Shown here: one piece after another, positions 57,201 through 64,000 of the stretch
Numbering within the stretch: position 1 is the stretch's first letter
Layout of the letters: every line of letters begins with the position of its first letter
Assembly: GCA_964016885.1 (NCBI GenBank)
Contig: OZ024751.1
Coordinates: forward strand, 2,976,001 to 3,040,000
Source of the DNA: Eledone cirrhosa
Lineage: Eukaryota
DNA length: 64,000 nucleotides
Direction: 5' to 3'
Translations under genes and position numbers: made by a program
The notes under the pieces: generated by a model
What the model was told of the DNA's origin: nothing
The model's database searches: none
The model's input: the letters and a program-made list of their open reading frames with translations, nothing else

Positions 57201-60200
57201 TCTCACAACTGTCCTACCACTGAGGTAACAACTCACAATTGTCCTACCACTGAGGTAACAACTCAACACTGTCCTAAAATTGAGGTAACAACTCACAACT
57301 GTCTTACCACTGAGGTAACAACTCACCACTGTCGTACCATTCAGGTAACAACTCACAACTGTCGTACTACTCTCATACCCTAGAGGTAACAACTCAACAC
57401 TGTCGTACCATTGAGGTAACAACTCACAACTGTCCTACCACTGAAGTAACAACTCACCACTGTCCTACCACTGAGGTAACAACTCACCACTGTCCTACCA
57501 CTGAGGTAACAACTCACCACTGTCCTAAAATAGAGGTAACAACTCACAACTGTCCTACAACTGAGGTAACAACTCACCACTGTCCTACCACTGAGGTAAC
57601 AACTCACCACTGTCGTACCATTCAGGTAACAACTCACCACTGTCCTACCACTGAGTTAACAACTCATAACTGTACTACAACTGAGGTAACAACTCACAAC
57701 TGTCCTAATACTTTCATACCACTGTGGTAACAACTCAACACTGTCGTACCATTGAGGTAACAACTCAAAACTGTCCTACCACTGAGGTAACAAAACACAA
57801 CTGTCCTACCACTGAGATTACAACTCACCAATGTACTACCACTGAAGTAACATCTCACAACTGTCCTACCACTGAGTTAACATCTCACAACTATTCTACC
57901 ACTGAGGTAACAACTCACAATTGTCCTACCACTGAGGTAACAACTCAGCACTCTCCTACCATTGAGGTAACAACTCACAACTGTCCTACCACTGAGGTAA
58001 CAACTCACAACTGTCCTACCACTGAGGTAACAACTCAGCACTGTCCTACCATTGAGGTAACAACTCACAACTGTCCTACCACTGAGGTAACATCTCACAA
58101 CTATCCTACCACTGAGGTAACATCTCACAATTGTCCTACCACTGAGGTAACAAGTCACAACTGTCCTACCACTGAGGTAACAACTCACAACTATCCTACC
58201 ATGAGGTAACATCTCACCACTGTCCTACGACTGAGGTAACATCTCACAACTGTCCTACGACTGAAGTAACAACTCACCACTGTCTTATCACTGAGGTAAC
58301 AACTCACCACTGTTTTACAACTGAGGTAACAACTGACAACTGTCCTACCACTGAAGTAACATCTCACCAGTGTCTTACCATTGATGTAACATCTCACCAC
58401 CGTCTTACCACTGAGGTAAAAACTCACCACTGTCCTACCATTGAGGTAACATCTCACCACTGTCTGACCAATGAGGTAACAACTCACCACTGTCCTACCA
58501 TTGAGGTAACATCTCACCACTGTCCTACCTTAGAGGTAACAACTCACCACTGTCCTACCATTGAGGTAACAATTCACCACTTTCCTACAACTGAGGTAAT
58601 ATCTCACCTCTGTCCTACCATTGAGGTAACAACTCACCTCTATCCTTCCACTGAGGTAACAACTCACCACTGTCGTACAATTGAGGTAACAACTCACCAC
58701 TGTCGTACCATTCAGGTAACATCTCACAACTGTCCTACCACTGAACAAACAACTCACCACTGTCCTACCACTGAGGTAACATCTCACCACTGTCCTACCA
58801 TTGAGGTAACAACTCTCCTCTCTCCTACCATTGAGGTAACAATTTACCACTGTCCTACCACTGAGGTAACAAATCACAACTGTCCTACAACTGAGATAAC
58901 AACTCTCCACTGTTTTACCACTGAGGTAACAACTCATAACTGTCCTACCACTGAGGTAACAACGCACCACTGTCCGAACATTGAGGTAACAACTCAAAAC
59001 TGTCCTACCATTGAGGTAACAACTCACCACTGTCCTACCACTGAGGTAACAACTCATAACTGTACTACAACTGAGGTAACAACTCACCACTGTCCTAAAA
59101 GTGAGGTAACAACTCACAACTGGCCTACTACTGTCCTACCACTGAGGTAACAACTCAACACTGTCGTACCATTGAGGTAACAACTCACAACTGTCCTACC
59201 ACTGAGGTAACATCTCACAACTGTCCTACCACTGAGGTAACAACTCACCACTGTCCTACCATTGAGGTAACAACTCACCACTCTCCTACCTCTGAGGTAA
59301 CATCTCACAACTGTCCTACCATGAGGTAACAACTCACCACTGTCCTACCATTGAGGTAACAACTCACCTCTCTCCCACCACTGAGGTAACAACTCACCAC
59401 TGTCCTACCACTGAGGTAACAACTCACAACTGTCCTACAACTGAGGTAACAACTCACCACTGTCCTACCACTGAGGTAACAAATCACAACTGTCCTACAA
59501 CTGAGATAACAACTCTCCACTGTCTTACCACTGAGGTAACAAATCACAATTGTCATACAACTGAGATAACAACTCTCCACTGTCTTACCACTGAGGTAAC
59601 AACTCACAACTGTACTACAACTGAGGTAACAACTCACCACTGTCCTACCACTGAGGTAACAACTCAACACTGTCGTCCCATTGAGGTAACAACTCACAAC
59701 TATACTACCACTGAAGTAACATCTTACAACTGTCCTACCACTGAGTTAACACCTCACAACTGTCCTACCACTGAGGTAACGACTCACAATTGTCCTACCA
59801 CTGAGGTAACAACTCAGCACTGTCCTACCATTGATGTAACAACTCACAACTGTCCTACCACTGAGGTAACAGCTCACAACTGTCCTACCACTGAGGTAAC
59901 AACTCACCACTGTACTACCACTTAGGTAACATCTAACAATTGTCCTACCACTGAGGTAACAAGTCACAACTGTCCTACCACTGAGGTAACAACTCACAAC
60001 TAGCCTACCATGAGGTAACATCTCACCACTGTCCTACCACTGAGGTAACATCTCACAACTGTCCTACCACTGAAGTAACAACTCACGACTGTCTTACCAC
60101 TGAGGTAACAACTCACCACTGTCCTACCACTGAGGTAACAACTGACAACTGTACTACCACTGAGGTAACATCTCACCAGTGTCTTACCACTGAGGTAACA

Positions 60201-63200
60201 TCTCACCACTGTCCTACCATTGATGTAACATCTCACCCCCGCCTTACCACTGAGGTAAAAACTCACCACTGTCCTACCATTGAGGTAACATCTCACCACT
60301 GTCTGATCAATGAGGTAACAACTCACCACTGTCCTACCACTGAGGTAACATCTCACCATTGTCCTACCTTAGAGGTAACAACTCACCACTGTCCTACCAT
60401 TGAGGTAACAACTCACCACTTTCCTACGACTGAGGTAATATCTTACCTCTGTCCTACCATTGAGGTAACAACTCACCTCTCTCCTTCCACTGAGGTAACA
60501 ACTCACCACTGTCGTACAATTGAGGTAACAACTCACCACTGTCCTAAAACTGAGGTAACATCTCACAACTGTCCTACCACTGAACAAACAACTCACCACT
60601 GTCCTACCACTGAGGTAACATCTCACCACTGTCCTACCATTGAGGTAACAACTCTCTTCTCTCCTACCATTGAGGTAACAATTTACCACTGTCCTACCAC
60701 TGAGGTAACAAATCACAACTGTCCTACAACTGAGATAACAACTCTCCACTGTCTTACCACTGAGGTAACAACTCATAACTGTCCTACCACTGAGGTAACA
60801 ACGCACCACTGTCGTACAATTGAGGTAACAACTCACAACTGTCCCACCACTGAGGTAACAACTCACAACTGTCCTAAATTGAGGTAATATCTCACCACTG
60901 TCCTACCATTGAGGTAACAACTCTCTTCTCTCCTACCATTGAGGTAACAATTTACCACTGTCCTACCACTGAGGTAACAAATCACAACTGTCCTACAACT
61001 GAGATAACAACTCTCCACTGTCTTACCACTGAGGTAACAACTCACCACTGTACTACCACTGAGGTAAAATCTCACCACTCTCCTACCATTAAGGTAATAG
61101 CTCACCACTGTACTACCACTGTGGTAACAACTCACCATTGTACTACTACTGTGGTACAACTCACCACTATCCTACCACTGAGGATACAACTCACAACTGT
61201 CCTACAACTGAGGTAACAACTCACCACTGTCCTACCACTGAGGTATCAACTCACCACTGTCCGAACATTGAGGTAACAACTCACAACTGTCCTACCATTG
61301 AGGTAACAACTCACCACTGTCCTACCACTGAGGTAACAACTCATAACTGTACTACAACTGAGGTAACAACTCACCACTGTCCTAAAAGTGAGGTAACAAC
61401 TCACAACTGACCTACTACTGTCATACCACTGAGGTAACAACTCAACACTGTCGTGCCATTGAGGTAACAACTCACAACTGTCCTACCACTGAGGTAACAA
61501 CTCACCACTGTCCTACGACTGTGGTAACATCTCACAACTGTCCTACCACTGAAGTAACAACTCACCACTGTCCTACCATTGAGGTAACAACTCACCTCTC
61601 TCCCACCACTGAGGTAACAACTCACCACTGTCCTACCACTGAGGTAACAACTCACAACTGTCCTACAACTGAGGTAACAACTCACCACTGTCCTACCACT
61701 GAGGTAACAACTCACCACTGTCCTACCACTGAGGTAACAACTCACCACTGTCCTACCACTGAGGTAACAACTCACCACTGTCCTAAAATAGAGGTAACAA
61801 CTCACAACTGTCCTACAACTGAGGTAACAACTCACCACTGTCCTACCACTGAGGTAACAACTCACCACTGTCGTACCATTCAGGTAACAACTCACCACTG
61901 TCCTACCACTGAGTTAACAACTCATAACTGTACTACAACTGAGCTAACAACTCACAACTGTCCTAATACTGTCATACCACTGAGGTAACAACTCAACACT
62001 GTCGTACCATTGAGGTAACAACTCAAAACTGTCCTACCCCTGAGGTAACAAATCACAACTGTCCTACCACTGAGATTACAACTCACCAATGTACTACCAC
62101 TGAAGTAACATCTCACAACTGTCCTACCACTGAGTTAACATCTCACAACTATTCTACCACTGATGTAACAACTCAGCACTGTCCTACCATTGAGGTAACA
62201 ACTCACAACTGTCCTACCACTGAGGTAACAACTCACAACTGTCCTACCACTGAGGTAACAACTCACCACTGTACTACCACTGAGGTAACATCTCACAATT
62301 GTCCTACCACTGAGGTAACAAGTCACAACTGTCATACCACTGAGGTAACATCTCACAATTGTCCTACCACTGAGGTAACATCTCACCACTGTCCTACCAC
62401 TGAGATATCATCTCACAACTGTCCTACCACTGAAGTAACAACTCACCACTGTCTTACCACTGAGGTAACAACTCACCACTGTCCTACCACTGAGGTAACA
62501 ACTGACAACTGTCCTACCACTGAGGTAACATCTCACAAGTGTCTTACCAGTGAGGTAACATCTCACCACTGGCCTACCATTGATGTAATATCTCACCACT
62601 GTCTGACCAATGAGGTAACAACTCACCACTGTCCTACCACTGAGGTAACATCTCACCACTGTCCTACCATTGAGGTAACATCTCACCACTTTCCTACGAC
62701 TGAGGTAATATCTCACCTCTGTCCTACCATTGAGGTAACAACTCACCTCTCTCCTTCCACTGAGGTAACAAATCACAACTGTCCTACAACTGAGATAACA
62801 ACTCACCACTGTCTTACCACTGAGGTAACAACTCACCACTGTCCTACCATTGAGGTAACATCTCACCACTGTCTGACCAATGAGGTAACAACTCACCACT
62901 GTCCTACCACTGAGGTAACATCTCACACTGTCCTACCTTAGAGGTAACAACTCACCACTGTCCTACCATTGAGGTAACAACTCACCACTTTCCTACGACT
63001 GAGGTAATATCTTACCTCTGTCCTACCATTGAGGTAACAACTCACCTCTCTCCTTCCACTGAGGTAACAACTCACCACTGTCGTACAATTGAGGTAACAA
63101 CTCACCACTGTCCTACCACTGAGGTAACATCTCACAATTGTCCTACCACTGAACAAACAACTCACCACTGTCCTACCACTGAGGTAACATCTCACCACTG

Positions 63201-64000
63201 TCCTACCATTGAGGTAACAACTCTCTTCTCTCCTACCATTGAGGTAACAATTTACCACTGTCCTACCTCTGAGGTAACAAATCACAACTGTCCTACAACT
63301 GAGATAACAACTATCCACTGTCCTACCACTGAGGTAACAACGCACCACTGTCCTACCATTGAGGTAACAACTCACAACTGTCCCACCACTGAGGTAACAA
63401 CTCACAACTGTCCTAAATTGAGGTAATATCTCATCACTGTCCTACAATTGAGGTAACATCCCACCAATTTCCTACCACTGAGGTAACAACTCACCACTGT
63501 ACTACCACTCAGGTAACATCTCACCACTCTCCTACCATTAAGGTAATAGCTCACCACTGTACTACCACTGTGGTAACAACTCACCATTGTACTACTACTG
63601 TGGTACAACTCACCACTATCCTACCACTGAGGTAACAACTCACAAGTGTCCTACAACTTACGTAACAACTCACCACTGTCTTACCACTGAGGTAACAACT
63701 CATAACTGTACTACAACTGAGGTAACAACTCACCACTGTCCTAACATTGAGGTAACAACTCACAACTGTCCTACTACTGTCATACCACTGAGGTAACAAC
63801 TCAACACTGTCGTACCATTGAGGTAACAACTCACAACTGTCCTACCACTGAGGTAACAACTCACAACTTTCCTACCACTGAGATTACAACTTACCAATGT
63901 ACTACCACTGAAGTAATATCTCACAACTGTCCTACCACTGAGTTAACATCTCACAACTATCCTACCACTGAGGTAACAACTCACAATTGTCCTACCACTG
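54240..64000 (+). repeat. Distinct satellite subfamily domain with irregular ~1.7-2.6 kb higher-order units
   Basis: Private variants: ACTGAACAAACAACT at ~55011, 56669, 58740, 60579 and 63148; AACTCT(C/T)CTCTC; CCTTAGAGG; and the CCTACTACTGTC(A/C)TACC 41-mers. The ATGGAGGTAAGATCC and ATTATTGGGG variants typical of 4.7-51 kb are absent. Confidence 0.85.

Larger units (their letters stand above)
2083..64000 (+). repeat. 30-bp tandem satellite array, ~2,060 head-to-tail monomers, continuing beyond the window end
   Basis: Consensus GAGGTAACAACTCACCACTGTCCTACCACT (11 C, 9 A, 6 T, 4 G; 50% GC; no CpG) is visible in register on every line. Three common dimorphic sites: position 10 A/T, position 16 C/A, position 29 C/T. 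I saw no inversion or foreign insertion. The first ~1.3 kb is more diverged. Confidence 0.99.

Noticed and set aside
3569-61988. Plus-strand Thr-rich ORFs as a confirmed mucin or adhesive-protein gene
   Set aside because: There is no signal peptide or non-repetitive domain, frameshifts are inherited, occasional in-frame stops occur (e.g. 4829, 16516, 20025, 40843), and common variants are non-synonymous. Kept only as a hypothesis in the findings.
2054-63829. The many minus-strand (VVSCYLSGRT)n ORFs as genes
   Set aside because: They are antisense shadows of the stop-free register. Starts are mostly GTG/TTG or variant codons, ends are sporadic point variants or indels, and there is no unique sequence.
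2083-64000. CRISPR array (30-bp repeat with partial palindrome)
   Set aside because: Monomers abut directly with no unique spacers, there are no cas genes or leader, and the flanks look eukaryotic.
2083-64000. Telomeric repeat or G-quadruplex array
   Set aside because: The minus strand is G-rich, but the consensus has only GG runs and there is no TTAGGG-type short unit.

Overview
This window is eukaryotic, almost entirely repetitive DNA with no credible conventional gene, RNA gene or CRISPR array. Bases 1-2,080 are a mosaic flank. It holds the 3' end of a Helitron-type element (internal ~170-220 bp repeats, a TACCCAG/CTGGGTA hairpin, then CTAG|T at 659-663), a GTG/GTA-rich low-complexity tract, a degenerate tRNA-derived SINE remnant on the minus strand, and 8 copies of a 59-bp minisatellite. 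The SINE remnant resembles, from memory, octopus SINEs, so a cephalopod source is a tentative inference. From ~2,083 to the window end runs one uninterrupted head-to-tail 30-bp satellite (consensus GAGGTAACAACTCACCACTGTCCTACCACT, ~2,060 monomers). Because 30 is a multiple of 3 and one codon register is stop-free on both strands, the array yields nearly all ORFs in the track: (EVTTHHCPTT)n on + and (VVSCYLSGRT)n on -. Inherited frameshifts and mainly non-synonymous variation argue against coding. The real structure is higher-order: nested tandem duplications of ~0.42, 1.5, 1.95, 2.3, 3.68 and 4.4 kb, a recurrent ordered variant cassette, an edge block repeated ~50 kb away, and a distinct subfamily domain after ~54 kb. 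I cannot demonstrate a novel biological system from sequence alone. The testable leads are the dual in-register ORF, a let-7 seed match and a 15-bp dyad in each monomer, and the Helitron/59-mer/30-mer junction.
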